Origin: the human T2T-CHM13v2.0 reference genome, Homo sapiens
Strand: one strand, 5' to 3'
DNA: 64,000 bases
NCBI RefSeq assembly: GCF_009914755.1
Contig: NC_060941.1
Below are positions 17,172 through 32,608 of the stretch, piece after piece. Numbering within the stretch: the first letter of the stretch is position 1; each line of letters begins with the position of its first letter. A model generated the notes under the pieces. The model saw nothing but the letters and a program-made list of their open reading frames with translations, was not told where the DNA came from and did no database searches. A program made the translations under genes and the position numbers.

Positions 17172-17597
17172 TCTAAATGCTTTTAACCAAGTCTTGTTAT
17201 TTTAGCCTCCTACTCTCTCTTTTTCTCCACTTCTGGGGGTAGCTGGTTTGCACACTTGCTGAGACTTTTGAGGGTTCTGTGGCATAATCTCAGCTTCTAC
17301 TTCTGGCTTAGATTCAGCCTTCTTAAATAACAAGCCCTCTGTTATTTATTTATTTGTTATTGAGATTCCAAAATTCTGTTGCTGTTGTCCCCTCTGCTGT
17401 ATCCTTGTGGGTATATGTCTTACAAAATCTCCCTTATTTGCCTTTTAATGGAGTTTTAGGAGGGATGGGAAGTACATACATATGTTTAATCTGTTATCTT
17501 TACCTGGAAATTGATTTTCAAATATATTTGCTAATTGAAATAGTTATGCAATGTTACACTTGATAATATCTGACCTTCTAAATAAAGTTTTAAACAT

Positions 17598-18000
17598 CTG
17601 TATTAATTGATGTAGGCTAATAAGAGTGCTACAGCAAGAGCAACCCTCGAACTTCAGAGTTTAACACGACAATAGTTTAATTCTCATTATTGCTAGATGT
17701 TCATTATGGGTAGAGGGTGGTTCTGTTTCACTATGCCTGGAGATTGATAGAGGTGGACAAAGACTCAATTATTTTGCAGTTGTACAATCTGAAGTGTATA
17801 ACCTTCTTGGTTCACATAGTAAGGACAGAGAGCTTGAGGGTCTTACATTAGCCAATAAATATTTTAGCCTGAAAGTGATATGCTCACATTTCATTGGCCA
17901 GAATGTTTCATGGGCCTGATTTACTGAAAGAAACAGGAAAGTATAATCCCCACTGGTGTTTGAAAGAAAGATATGTTAAGTGGGCACTAGAAGTCTCCAG
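17598..18000 (-). mobile_element. MLT1 (I/J-like) LTR remnant
   Basis: CTCACATTTCATTGGCCAGAA and TGTATT terminus. Confidence 0.55.
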
Positions 18001-18019
18001 CCTGTCACTTTCAGATACA

Positions 18020-18322
18020 CAGCCATGCACCGCATAATGACCTTTTAGTTAACAACAGACCAAATGTATGATGGCGGTCCCATAAGATTACAATATTGTA
18101 TTTTCACTGTGCCTTTTCTATGTTTAGACACACAAATACTTACCATTGTGCTACAAGTGCCTCTACTATTCAGTACAGTAACACACTGTCCAGGTTTCTA
18201 GCTTATGACAATAGGTTAGACCATTGTGCACAGCCTAGTACCAGTAGGCTATGCACAATGAAGAAATTGCCTCAGGATACATTTCTCAGAACATATCCTT
18301 GTTGTTAAGCAACACATGAATA
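18020..18322 (+). mobile_element. Tigger3a (MER7A) DNA transposon
   Basis: Degenerate TIRs CAGCCATGCACCGCATAATGAC / GTTGTTAAGCAACACATGA; GGTCCCATAAGATTA internal motif. Confidence 0.85.
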
Positions 18323-19086
18323 TACATTGAGCTGAGAGAATGTATTTGCTAGGGTAAGACTAGACTGCTATAAAAAGTAGACCCAACTCAATGCAGTGGC
18401 TTAAAAGGAAATGCGGTTTATTCATTTTCACTGAAACACACCAAAGGGAGCATCCAATGCTGACAGGTGGCCATGGTCCCAACCAGATGCTTCGACTGTG
18501 TTCATGCATTTTACTCTTACAGCTCTGTTCTAAGCAAATAACTTGTATGCTGATGTTCACTTGAAAAGCCTAGGACACACGCATAATGAAAGGGTAAAGA
18601 CAGAATCTTTACATGAACAACTTAGTGTTGAAAATCCTAACACTAAGTGCCAAGCATTTCTTCTTACATATCCCTATTTGTCTTTCAGTTTTTCGTGGGA
18701 GATGCGCCATTATGTTTGAAAATACAAGAGGTGTTTATGGAGAAAGATGGAAGCTGCTTATGAGACACAAGACAGGCCCTGTGGAAGTTTAGTCATGAAG
18801 AAGATAAAGAAGATTTTCTGGAGGGATCCTCTAGAAACAAACAACAAAACCCACAAATTATAATGCATCTGCACTTAGACTGCTAGGAACTTTGACTCGA
18901 TGGAGTGAAAGCTTAAGGCTTTGTTCTTTACCTGTGCTGCTTTCAAAAAATGTGGACAGTGGGTCCATTTTTGCAAGCAGAAGTTGTTTAACCATGAGAT
19001 GAATGTCCCATGATTTCAAATGATATATAATAAACACTTTTCTTTTGTGTTTCCAATCTATTTTCTTTCAACACTTATTACCTTAG

Positions 19087-19476
19087 TGGATTAGTCTATT
19101 TTCACACTGCTATAAAGAATACCTGAGACTGGGTAATTTATAAGGAAGAGAGGTTTAATTGACTTACAGTTCTGCATGGCTGGGGAGGCCTCAGGAAACT
19201 TATAATCATGGTAGAAGGAAAAACAAGCACATTTTACGTGGCAGCAGGTGAGAGGGAGAGTGAATGAGTATGAAGGAGGAACGGTCAAACACTTATAAAA
19301 CCATCAGATCTCATGAGAACTCACTATCATGAGAACAGCATGGAGGGAACCGCCCACCCCCATGATCCAATCACCTCCCTCCCTCGACATGTGGGAATTA
19401 CAGGTCCCTCCCTTGACATATGGGGATTGCAATTTGAGATGAGATTTGGGTGGAGACACAGAGCCAAATCACATCC
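19087..19476 (-). mobile_element. THE1D-like MaLR solo LTR
   Basis: GAGACTGGGTAATTTATAA...GGCTGGGGAGGCCTCAGGAAAC...GAGATGAGATTTGGGTGG. Confidence 0.9.
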
Positions 19477-19534
19477 TTTGGATGAAAGTGATAATCAAAC
19501 TTTTAAATGTATACAGTTGAAAGATAAAGTCTTA

Positions 19535-19618
19535 AAATACTTGAATTCAGAATAATTCTGAAATTCTGAAATTCTGAAATACTTGAATTCAGAATAATTC
19601 TGAAATTCTGAAATTCTG
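19535..19618. repeat. Perfect 42-bp tandem duplication with internal AAATTCTG subrepeats
   Basis: AAATACTTGAATTCAGAATAATTCTGAAATTCTGAAATTCTG x2. Confidence 0.95.
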
Positions 19619-20256
19619 GAAAGGAAAATAATGGAGAATTGAAGCATTTCTACGCTGTCAAGCAGATTCCCCTGTTCCCACTTGCTCCTTAGTGTCCCCT
19701 GGGAATCTCCAAATCTCCAGCTTTGACCTGATTCTAATCCCTGATTAATTATAAAAGGCACCAGGAAGTGGGGAAACACACACTTTTAAATATAATCTTA
19801 GATAATAAGATTATAAATAAGTTCAGAAATGTTATAATAGGAGAAAGTGTGAGTTTCAGAATAGAAAGCACTATATTAAGTGGATGATTATGGCCACTAT
19901 TGGGAGGTAATTATCAATTGATTAAAGGCAGGTCAGCTAGAGACAGTTTGGCATAATGTATACAGAAGTGCTTCTGGATCAGCTAGAGCTAAAGATCCAA
20001 GGAGATCCTTTCCCTGGGAAGGCAGAGAATGGCTGTGGGAGTGAAAGAAGAATCGTTTCTGCAGAATCTGAAGGTGAACTCGGAGCCTTAGAAAATGGAT
20101 CTTCAAGTGTAGCCCAGACTGAGAGAAGAAAATAGCAACTGGATGAACTAGATAGATGGTCTCCTCAGCCACAGAAGCTTAATTTTGATCAGAAGTTAAA
20201 ACATCATGGTATGAAAAAGAAATCCCACATTTTTCTAGGAGCTAAAGCCTGGGGTC

Positions 20257-20551
<295 letters not shown>

Positions 20552-21099
20552 TAAGACTGGGCTCTTTAGAGAGTTCACAATTGCTCATAATTCTCAATTT
20601 TTGATCTTTATAACAGACTGTATGATAAACATGGTTACTTTCACTGTTGAAAACAAAAATAACCTCAGAAATAAAGACAGGACAGCAAGTCACCTGTCCA
20701 GAGTGATTATTGGGCTTAGATGTCTGTGTCTACCCAGGTCAAAATGGAAAAGTTGACACAAATGGCACTTTTACTTACCCTACATGGTGTCTTCCCTGTC
20801 TTCTGGCAGTGTCCCCTCCCACCCAGGCACTCAGTCTACCTCAGCGATTATCACACCTCCCAAAGTGAATCTTATGCAAGGCATGAACTCATGTGCTTAT
20901 TGATAGAACATTTCCCAGAGTATAAGGGAGTTTCAAAAGAAAATAGTCTTCAGAAAAAGAAATGGAGGCTTTCACATAGCAAGATGGATTTTTGGCCTAG
21001 GTTGAATGGTGTGTTCACCAAAAGTGTGGAATAAAGAAGGAATCAGATACTGAGGGACTCACAGGCAGATACCAAGAGTGACCTACATCAAACATTTGA

Positions 21100-21310
21100 T
21101 GACCAATCCTGAACTATACATCATTTCATTTAACCCTTCCCAAAAAAAGCCCACTAAGGTAGGTGTGTTGCTGTCTCTATTTCATAGATGAGGGGAAATC
21201 TATGGTGTAGGGACCTTAATGTCATTTTCAATGTCTTCCAGAGGTTAAGTGGCTCAGATCTGCTTTGAACAAAATATCACCTGTCAACAGAGCCCATGTT
21301 CTTCTTTCTC
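21100..21310 (-). mobile_element. MIR fragment
   Basis: CTATTTCATAGATGAGGGGAAAT antisense core. Confidence 0.55.
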
Positions 21311-22347
21311 CACAAGAAACCTGGGGTCAGAACAATGGACAGAGGCCAGCCCAGCCTCCTTGTGACAAGCACCATTCCCCAGTATCAAAGGATTGCCTGG
21401 GGAGGCTGAGGGATTCCTCGATATTCTGAAGCCTTACATGTCAACCGAATCCAACAATTACTGATGATTTTTATTAATTACATTTATTTCTAAAAATATT
21501 AAAGACAAGTGGGTTTTCCTGCTGACAAGAGTTGATATTTTGCAGGCAGGAAATTTTGCATTATCCAAATATTGGCTATTTTGCATGGCCTCATTCTACA
21601 TATCCTCTCCACCTTGCTTCCTGTCCCCACCCAACACTTCCCAAATCAACGGCCAAACTTTGGCAGAGGCATGCAGAGCTGGAGCAGTCAGTGTAAACTG
21701 TTCTGGGAAGCCAGACTCTGCAACTGTTCTCGGCATAGGCACTTGTCTGTGTAATGGAAGCTCCCCCGAGAAGGACCCTTGTTCTTTGGAAAATAGTGTC
21801 TGCTCTTAGCAATAGCAGTGAATCTAGAGTGGATTGCTGGTCACTTGATGTGACAGGGGTAGGAACTGTAGGGAAATGAATAAGCTTCTTGAAGATGTAA
21901 CCCTACAAAAAAGCCCAATTTTCTTAGGAGAAACCGTTGTCTTGCCAGCTTCCTTCCTCTGCTTGAGCTAAATATATAGGTAGGGAGGTCAGCCTTTGTT
22001 CCTCTAGCATGTTGCTAAGTCCTATACAAGACACATCCAAAGACTTACTGAAAAAAACATATGTGAAATATTTGTGTTTGTTTTACCATAAAGCCAATTA
22101 ATATCTCATCTATGACAGCATTTTGGACTCTGTAAGGCACTGCTCAACAGTGAGGTACAATATTTTTTCTTTCAAAGTACCTGAACCCATGATTGTGTTC
22201 AATCATCTGTCCATCCTAAATTGAGATCCTTCCTTTCTTATTCTAGTTGGGTAAAGTATTGACAAAGCTAACATTAGAATTTTAACAAACCAAGCTAATT
22301 GCCTATGTATCAGCCCCTGCTCTGAAGAGTGATGATCACAGAAGTGA

Positions 22348-22630
22348 CTTTTTTTTTTTTTTAGATGAAGTCTCGCTCTTGTTCCCCAGGCTGGAGTGCA
22401 ATGCATGATCTCGGGTCACTGGAACCTCCCCCTCCCGGGTTCAAGCAATTCTCCTTCCTCAGCTTCTGGATTAGCTGGAATTACAGGCGCCTGCTACCAC
22501 GCCCAGCTAATTTTTGTATTTTTAGTAGAGATGGGGTTTCACCATGTTGGCCAGGCTGGTCTTGAACTCCTGACCTCAGGTAATCTGCCTGCCTTGGCCT
22601 CCCAAAGTGCTGGAATTACAGGCGTGAGCC
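22348..22630 (-). mobile_element. AluS SINE, slightly 5'-truncated
   Basis: Ends at GGCGTGAGCC; TSD AGAA(A)GTGAC. Confidence 0.95.
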
Positions 22631-22689
22631 AGAAAGTGACCCTTCAGTTAGGGCTGAGGAATCTTTTGGATTCTTGAAACTGAGGGATG

Positions 22690-23193
22690 AGGTGGGAAAG
22701 CATCCCCTGATGTCTGGGACTAACCTGATGTTGACAGATAGACCTTGATATGATTGCAAGCCAGTCTGATGCTCATAGCTAGGTCATTTTGTTCTCCTGT
22801 CTCCTATAATCACGAAATACCAACTTCAGACAAGGTTACTGTGAAATCATAATAACATAAAACAAAACAAGTCCACTTTATAATTTTGTCTTGGCATAGA
22901 TGAACAAGGTCACTGTGACATTAGCAAAACACACAAATCATACGATTTCCCTCCTTTCTGACAGCATCCAAGCTAGAAACAATACCCAGTTCTTTAGATC
23001 CTTCTCCAAATAACTTGACCAAAGCTCAAATCCTATAATAGGTTCTTTCTAATATTCTCTTGCTGAGATAACCCACAGTTTTCTCTTGCGTATGTTTTCT
23101 GTCTCATGCAATGAGAACTCAGCTTTTTAAAAAAAACTCAGCTTTTTAAAGCCTAGATGTATTCTTGTAGGACTTTGGCTGTAGGGCATTGAT
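22690..23193 (+). mobile_element. ERVL-type LTR (MER54/MER73-like)
   Basis: 3' end CTTTGGCTGTAGGGCATTGATA and AATCCTATAATAGG motif; family assignment tentative. Confidence 0.5.
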
Positions 23194-23799
23194 AATCTCA
23201 TAGTAAACACTCAGCTTCACCACTGCTAAACCAGAGTGATTCAGAGTTTCCCTCTTATTATCCTCCCTCACCCCATGCAATGCCTATGATGTTCATGTGT
23301 ATAAAGGCTGTAAGGGTGGAGCATACAATTTTCCTTGCACTCTTAAGGACAACAGTGTTTCTGCATCTCTGAGGTCAATTTAAAGCCTCTTATATCTAGG
23401 CAGGTGGTCAAGGCCCCTGCTTAACACTATGGAGCCCAGAGTCTTTTCCGTCTCCTTTAGGGGATCTCCTGTGGTGGGCCTTGAGAATGGCCTTCATTCT
23501 AGAAGGCATATATATACTTCCCTCTTATCTCCACAATGAGAGACAGTAGCCTTGTGTAGGGATTCTCACAGAGATGGTGAGTGGAATAATGGCAAGTACA
23601 CACTATGCGGCCTCTTCATACACACAGAAATGTTTGCAGTTGGGCTTAGGGTCAGGAAGTCAAATGACTGCAGGGGCAAGTCTTGTTTGTGAGTGAATGA
23701 GGTGGGCCAGGTCTGATACAAAACAAGGTCATGGGGTCTTTGGTAAACTGGCAAAAGCATGTCCTCTCTAAAAAGGCACAACTTAATTTCTTAATTTAA

Positions 23800-24309
<510 letters not shown>

Positions 24310-24372
24310 TCTCTCTCCCCTTTTTTCTTTTTCTTTTTGGGGTGAATAGAGTTTCACTTTGTTTCCCAGGCT

Positions 24373-24468
24373 TCATAATTACATGAGCCCATTCTTATAA
24401 CAAATCTCAGCTTATATATTTATATACATCCCATTGGTTCTGTTTTTCTGGAGAACTTCTACTAATAC
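24373..24468 (+). mobile_element. MLT2 (ERVL) LTR 3' end
   Basis: CCCATTGGTTCTGTTTTTCTGGAGAACTTCTACTAATACA terminus. Confidence 0.7.
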
Positions 24469-24469
24469 A

Positions 24470-25435
24470 CTTTGCAAATCCTTTCCCTAGGGCTTGTTAT
24501 TGTGACTATTGTTATTGCTTGCTTGTTTAATAAATTTTCTGGAGTAATTCTGTATAATCTATATGCTTTATCATGCATCGCCACTGAGGTATTGCTTGGT
24601 TAGCTCAGTGGTCAGCTAATGATTGAACAGAGATTTACTGAAACACCTGTAACCAATAAATCTCCCTGTGTTTGTTGTTGGGTCTTCTGTGCGTATTGGG
24701 GTGTGGTTTACAACTCTGTCTTAGCTTTCACTTCCCACTTGTGCAGAGCCTCAAGGTCAGCCAGAGATGAAACTTTAAGGCCTTCTCAGTTCTTTCCTGA
24801 GCATGTTCACAGTCCTAGGTATGTATATAATCCTATGTACGCATGCAGCCTTCCCAACTCCTAGCAACATGACGGAGTTTTTCGAAGTCCCCTCTAGACA
24901 TTTTATTCCCTGGATTTTTCTTTTAAGCTTTTCTGTGCCCCAAGTGGTACTGCTGCCTCTGGCAGTCATGACGTTAAAAAATTATCTCTGATTATTTTCA
25001 ACAAATGTCTCCAGGCAAAAGGCTGTTCACACTGGGATAGCTCTAAGTCAAGTCAAATAAAGACAGTCCTTTTCAAACGGGGTCTTCTGGAAAACCAGCA
25101 GGCTGGAGATGGTTCTTTTAAGGAGTTTCTACCCTGATTTGCACTTTCTAGTGGCTGCCAGGCTGTTGGTTTTCATTGTGACTGGAGACTAGTGGCTACT
25201 GCAAACATGGGGAGAAGGTATGGAAATAGGAATAGCTACAACTCCACAAAGCTTGCTGTTCTTATCAAGATTCAGCCATTTTTTTTTTTTCTTGAATAAA
25301 TACTCCCTGGATTACTGGAAGTCTTTGGTTAATTTCCAATGTTGTGAAACAGTTGATTCTGACAGCTTTGCAAGTGTTCTTCTGGCTTTCATGGAAAAGA
25401 GAATTTTTGGAAGTCCTTAGTCTACCATTTTTACT
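24470..25435 (-). mobile_element. L1M4/L1MC-type 5' region
   Basis: GTGCAGAGCCTCAAGGTCAGCCAGAG and CTTTGGTTAATTTCCA...GTTGATTCTGACA motifs. Confidence 0.65.
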
Positions 25436-25734
25436 GATATTTTAAATTAAGGTTTGAAAATTTTAAAATCATTAATTGCAGTCCTAAAACTACCTAATGT
25501 GAAAATTAATCATAGTTCCAAAAGGTATTAGATAAACAACACAGTCATAAAATCTTTCTAAGCAACTTAACAAGATTTGCTTTCAAAGTAATAAATGTAG
25601 ACACTGCCCGGTTAAGACGAGCAACCCTGTCTTCTACCCTCTGATTTGAGTTTTCAGTGATACCTAAGCATCGTTAAGTGCTTCTGATTTGTTGATTATT
25701 ATCTATGCCTAGGAAGTCTACATGCTGTTATTTA

Positions 25735-26700
<966 letters not shown>

Positions 26701-28794
26701 GTAAACAAGAAATTTCCAGAAATTGTTGTAAAATATTGCTTAATAGGACAAACATTATAATGTTCATTCAGAATTAAACACTAGTTCCTCTTCTATCTTG
26801 CAGAACATGTATAATACTTTGAGAAACCTATCTGTATAAAACTAACCCCTCCCCCCATAAAACTATTTGATTAGTAAAATAATGTCAAAAATTTTTTTGC
26901 TGGTCTTTGTTTTTGAATGGGACTTCTACATATTATGACTGAGAGTTACTTAGAAATTCACAGAAGGTTCTCCTTGAAAATTAATTATACCTCTATCCCT
27001 AGGACATATTAAAATCCAACCATGGGACTGGTATAAAATAATATATACTTTAACTGAATATATATGGTTAAATCCCATAAGATGAACAGAGGTTTACTCA
27101 ACTTTTCCATCAGAAGTTAAGTCCTTTGAAGTTATAGATTGAAATACATTTTATATACACGTGAGAGATGTGACTCAAGAAAGTTCACTAATTTTTTATA
27201 AATTTCTGAAACCATTGCCCAACCCCCAAAAGCAATCTCTTATAGGTTTGTATTTTGTTCTTTCTTTCAAGAAGCTGATATTCTTTTTACAAAAATCACT
27301 GTAATCACAGGACTGGCATCAAAGAGTTTCTAAAGATATCTTGAAATACAGCAATCTAATTACAGAGTCTATTCTCTAATCCCTACTGATGTGCCCTGGT
27401 TATTATATCCTCCACAACTTTGCTGAAAGATGACAGCACCATCTCTCCTTACCCTAGAAGAACATCGAGTTGATTTAAATGTTTTGGGTACCCTAATGCT
27501 GCTCATCTCCTCCTCTCCTCCAAACAAATGGGTGTGAACTAATGTCAATTCCCTTCCTGGGGTGGTAGGAAAGAAAATGTGACCCCAGTGAAAAATGTAT
27601 TGCAAATGTCAAAATAAATTTCAGCTAAAAATGACATTTTTTTCAAGGAGATGTAATGAGAAAACTGTTCAAAAGGTAGAGTTAAAGTTTCCTGGTTCCG
27701 TATTTAATTAACTCAATCTGACTTTTATTATGCTTTGTATTATGTGTTTCCTTGTTCAGTAAACAAACAGCAGAAAATTAAACTCGGGCAACTGCCAACT
27801 AGCAGTAAATTTCATTGAAAAATAATGAATTGCCATGGGATGCCATAGGGTCTTGGGCAGATAAACTTATTTTTCCTGGAAAGTTTCCACTTGCATTTGT
27901 CACAATTTGATATATAAAAGGAACAAAAGAAATGAAATATAGTAGTTGGTGGTAGGTGTATAAAAGTGTAATGGCCTTGGAGAATAATTCAGCGGCTGGT
28001 TTCTGGGATTTTCAACAGATTAGTCCTGTTTCCTCTTGAGGAACATGGTTGGATGCCAGGGAAATTCTCACCCTGCTTTTATGGATCTGCAGAAGCTGCA
28101 GAAACTGCGCTCTATTAACTTTCAGCCAAAGGGGAGCTCACTGCACAAGGATGACCCTGAAGATAAGGAGTGTACATAATTTAGGGAAAAGAGAGACTTC
28201 AAATGAAAAAAGGCTACTCCTAAATAACTCTATGCTATGTGACTAATAACTGCTTAAGTCCTTCAAACTTAATAGGAATCAAAGATATTTCCAAACATTC
28301 AACTATTTGGTTTTCCTACTTGTTATCTTTTCCTGATGTATAGGTACTCTTCTAATGATCCCCTGCTTGAGTTTATGTCCAGGCAAGAAAGTGTTTGGAT
28401 TAAATCAGGAAAATATAAGGTCTTTTTGAGTGATATGAAAATGATTACATCAGATTTTCTATCTCATGGTGTAAAGGCCAGGTGTCTGTTTATCTGATTG
28501 TAGAGCGTATCTCCCAGGTTCAAGTACTCATGGTGGAAGACAATTCTGGTTTTATCCCCACCAACTTCCCCTGGCAGGAGTAGAACCACTGGGTTCCACA
28601 GAAGCGTAATCATTCCAGCTGCTGAGTAGGATGTTAGTTAGTTATTCTCCCAGATTTCAAGCAATAATTCCCATGAATGGACCATGATTCTTTTCAGCGT
28701 CTCTTGGAAGGCTGTTTGGCAGGAAAGCACCCACTATTTGGTGTTAGATATTAGTTGAGTCTATACTTATTCCTTAATGGTTAAATAGACTTTG

Positions 28795-29750
28795 AAGAGT
28801 CATTCAATAAATAGTTTTAGCCGGGCTCGGTGGCTCACACCTGTAATCCCAGCACTTTGGGAGGCCGAGGCGGCTGGATCATGAGGTCAGGAGTTTGAGA
28901 TCAGCCTAGCCAACGTGGTAAAACTCCATCTCTACTAAAAATACAAAAATTAGCTGGGTCTCGTGGCGTGCACCTGTAATCCCAGCTACTCCAGAGGCTG
29001 AGGCAGGAGAATTGCTTAAACCGGGGAAGTTTTAATGAGGCTGCAGTGAGCCGAGATCGCGCCACTGCACTCCAGCTTGGGTGACAGAACAAGACTCTGC
29101 CTCGGGAAAAAAAAAAGTTTCTAAGCACCAATTATGTACCCAACCCTATTGTACGTACTGGGGCCACATCAGGGAGCTAAAATTGGAAAAAAAAAAAAAA
29201 AAATCCTTGACTTCAGGGAATTTACTTCTTCTTGGGGAAAGACAGACAAGTGAGTGAAAATAGTATTTCATAAAGTGATAATTACTAAAGAGAGATATAT
29301 GGAGTTTGAGAAATCAGCTAGTTGCTATGGTAGACCTTCCTGAGAAGGTAGCATTTGAGAAAAGACTTGAAGAAAGGAAGGGCATGGCTTGAGTGTATCT
29401 TAGGGCAGAGCATTCAGGCAGAGGAAGCAGCTGGCCTCACCTTTGCAAGGTTCTGGGCAGGAGCATGCCTGGAGCTTCCAGGAAGAGCACAGAGGCCTGT
29501 GTGGCAGAACTGGAGTGAAGGAGGAAGGAGGTAATCTGGAAGTGTAACAGTGGCAGGCCCTCTGCAGCCACTGTAAGGATCCATAACTCTAAGCAAGATG
29601 CCAGGCTACTAGGGGGCCTTGAAAAGAGGTGACAAGATGTTATTCTGGCTTCGGTGTGGGGAATAGACTATAGGAGGTACAGGGGAAGGCAGGCAAAGCA
29701 GTTAGGCCCTGCTGCAGGCATGTAGGGGAGCGATGGCGCCTTGGTTCACT
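28795..29750 (-). mobile_element. L2a LINE 3' portion, interrupted by an Alu
   Basis: CATTCAATAAATA...CTAAGCACC, CCTTCCTGAGAAGGTAGCATTTGAG, GCATTCAGGCAGAGGAAGCAG. Confidence 0.8.
28819..29116 (+). mobile_element. AluS SINE nested in the L2 tail
   Basis: Full dimer with poly(A). Confidence 0.95.
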
Positions 29751-30539
29751 GTGTTTATTGGGAGACATGAAGAGCTTGGAATCACCTAAACTTTTCAGCC
29801 AAGTTCATAATCTAGACAAGGAAGAGATAAAACCTGTTGCCTTTGGTTATCTTGAACTTTGAAATACTATATGGAAAGTGCTTGCCACATAATATGGGGA
29901 TCAATAAATGTCTGTTCTTTTCCATTCCAAAACTTCTCACCTAAAAAGTTAAGCAGGGAAAAAAAAAAAAAGGCTTTGAATCTATAATTTGTAATTTATG
30001 TACAGATTTTTTAAAACACACACAAAGAACAATACTGATGTCCATAGAGAGTGAACAAACACGTATATGTAACAAAATTGTATATTTTTAAACAGTACTA
30101 TTGCTTATAAACCAAATTCAGGATAGTTGTTGCACGAGGAAGGGGTAAAAGGAAAGGGACAGTGTTCAAAAACCAACTCTCTCTCTTCCTTCCTTCCTTC
30201 TTTCTTTGATTTTTTAAAAAGTCACTAAAAGAAAAGTATCAACCGTTGTTAAGTTTGAATGGTATTAACATGTCTTTATTATATTAATCTTTGTTTTAAA
30301 ATAACATATGAAGTTTGAATTTTAAACTTAGTTTAAAATTAAAATTGAAAAAATAGACAGTAAGGACGAAAGAAGAATAAAGGGAAGGCAGGAGGCAGGG
30401 AAAAGAGAGAGGGTCAGAAGAGAGAATCAATCGGATTCATCGTCATCTGCTTTAAGTAGACTTTATGGTAGTCTGAAATATGGCTATCTAAATATTTATC
30501 AAAAACTAGATGTTAATTGAAAATTATGTGCATAATTAG

Positions 30540-30780
30540 TAACAGTTTTAACTGATATTGAAATAGCACTTTATAAATTGTAAAATGCTTTAGTGTAACT
30601 TAAGGCATTCAGTTCTCAAAGCAACCTTAGAAGATAATGTGGCCATGATGAAATCTCTGTTTTTGGAGATGAAGAAATTAACATCCAGAGTTGCTAAATG
30701 GTCTCCTGGAATGCCGCAGAGCCGGGCCTAGAACCCAAGCTTTCGGGTCTGAGGATTCACATAGCTTGCTCTCTTCTCAA
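30540..30780 (-). mobile_element. MIR
   Basis: TTTTGGAGATGAAGAAATT...AGAGCCGGGCCTAGAACCCAAG. Confidence 0.6.
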
Positions 30781-30859
30781 GACTTCATCAATGTAGTAAC
30801 TGTAATTTACAGCTTAATAGTAAATGTAATAGTGATTTTGTTCTTTTTACTTCATGAGA

Positions 30860-32330
30860 AACTTAGGGATTCTATTCTCACTGTAAAAATTCAATAGCAA
30901 AGGAAAGCTAAGTACCCCCTTGGTTCTCCAGCGTCTCCTCCCAAGCCCTGTGACCTAATTCAGTTCCACTCACCTGGGAGGTAAATGCCCTTAGCATTTG
31001 GGTGTGCTCCTTATAGACACATTCCAGAACAGTTTCATCATACAATTGCACCTATGGAGACCGAATTTTATCTTATTTTTTAACATAACATAACATATCT
31101 TATTTTTTACATAAGGATGAAATTATATCTCACTCTGTAACAGCTATGACTTGATCGCCTTTCAATGGCTAAACCAATGGTAATACCACGTAAGAATCAG
31201 TTGTCTTACATCCTTGCCAGTACTTGCTATGAATGGTCTCTTTTATTTTACCAGTTTGAGAGGCGAAAAACCCAATGCTATTTTAAATCGTATCCCCTGA
31301 ATTGCAAGGGAAATTGAGCATCTTTTTATTTGTAACATTGGCCACTTGAATTTCTTCCAGGTCTTTTGCTAATTTATTATAGGATTTCTATATTTTTTGT
31401 TGCTAATTCTTTATGTTTCAATGTGTTTCAAATATTTTTTCAGTCTTTGTTTGTGTTTTAACATCTTTATGGTATCTTTTCTCATATAAGTGAATTTTAC
31501 ATGTTTACTTAGCCAGACTTTCCGTTTGTACATTCTTTTTGGGTCATGTTTTAGGCTATTACTTTCCAGAAATAATAAACACTTTTTACTTTTATATGGT
31601 TTTGCTTTTATGTTTAGTTCCTTAACTATACTTAGAATTTATTTCTGTAAGAACTCAAAAATCTATTTTCTAAATGAGAATACAGCAATTTCTGAACCTT
31701 TAATGAAAAATCTATACTTTCCTCAAGGATCTAAAATGTCACCTTTATTATGTACCAAATTCTCAAATAAACTGAATCTATCATGAACTCCCTATGTGCT
31801 AGAATTGACAACACATTTAGACTGACACATTTTAGAATTCATTTGTTAAGTTATGTAAGACTCCTGTGCATTTAAAAACTCAAGTAATTCAGATTATAGA
31901 GCTAACACTTCAATTCCTCTTTCACTTCTATCCACCTGCCCCAATTCTAGGCTCCTCTCTAGCAATAACCACTACTATTGGTTATTAGTATTGGTGTTTG
32001 TTTCTTCAGACCTTTGTCAGTCTTAAATTTAAGAACATTAACAGTATATGAATAGATCCTCTTTTCAAAAAAATGAAAATATTAAGAGAAGACCCCATGT
32101 GCCTTTAATAATCATTTTCAACACCAATATCCTTTTTTATGGGCAACTACTATGAATAATTTAGGATATTTCCTTCCAGACTTTTTCACATGCATTTACA
32201 TTTTATAGGCAAACCAAAAAAAAAAAAAAAAAAAAAAAGACAAACCACGTACGTCCGAGGTTTAGGTGGCACACAGTGGTATGGGTTTTATCCGTTATTA
32301 AAATGTTGATATACTTCTATACTGTTTTAT
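30860..32330 (-). mobile_element. Highly decayed L1ME fragments
   Basis: T-rich antisense L1 ORF2/3' UTR motifs (TTGAGCATCTTTTTATTTG, TTGGCCACTTGAATTTCTTC). Confidence 0.5.
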
Positions 32331-32608
32331 AGAGAGCTTCTGCCTCTGGCTTTCCGAATATCCCCCCCATATGCTGCGCCACCCACACCTTTCTCAGTGC
32401 CCCACTTCTCAGCCCCTGCAAATTCCTCATGAGACAGCAGCCGATTATGAGGAAACCTCAATGCCTCAAACAATAGCCCCCCCACCCCCAACCCCTGCAC
32501 TACAGCTGGCATCTATTTTAGTCTTTTGGTTTTCCTACATATTGGCTGTTAAACATGTTGAATATCATTCATGACTACATAGAACATGTAGTAGATCTCT
32601 AAGACTTA

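Noticed and set aside
19535-19618. Possible heat-shock or STAT element array, or CRISPR-like repeat
   Set aside because: GAA/TTC spacing fits neither nGAAn arrays nor TTCN3GAA; there are no spacers and the context is eukaryotic
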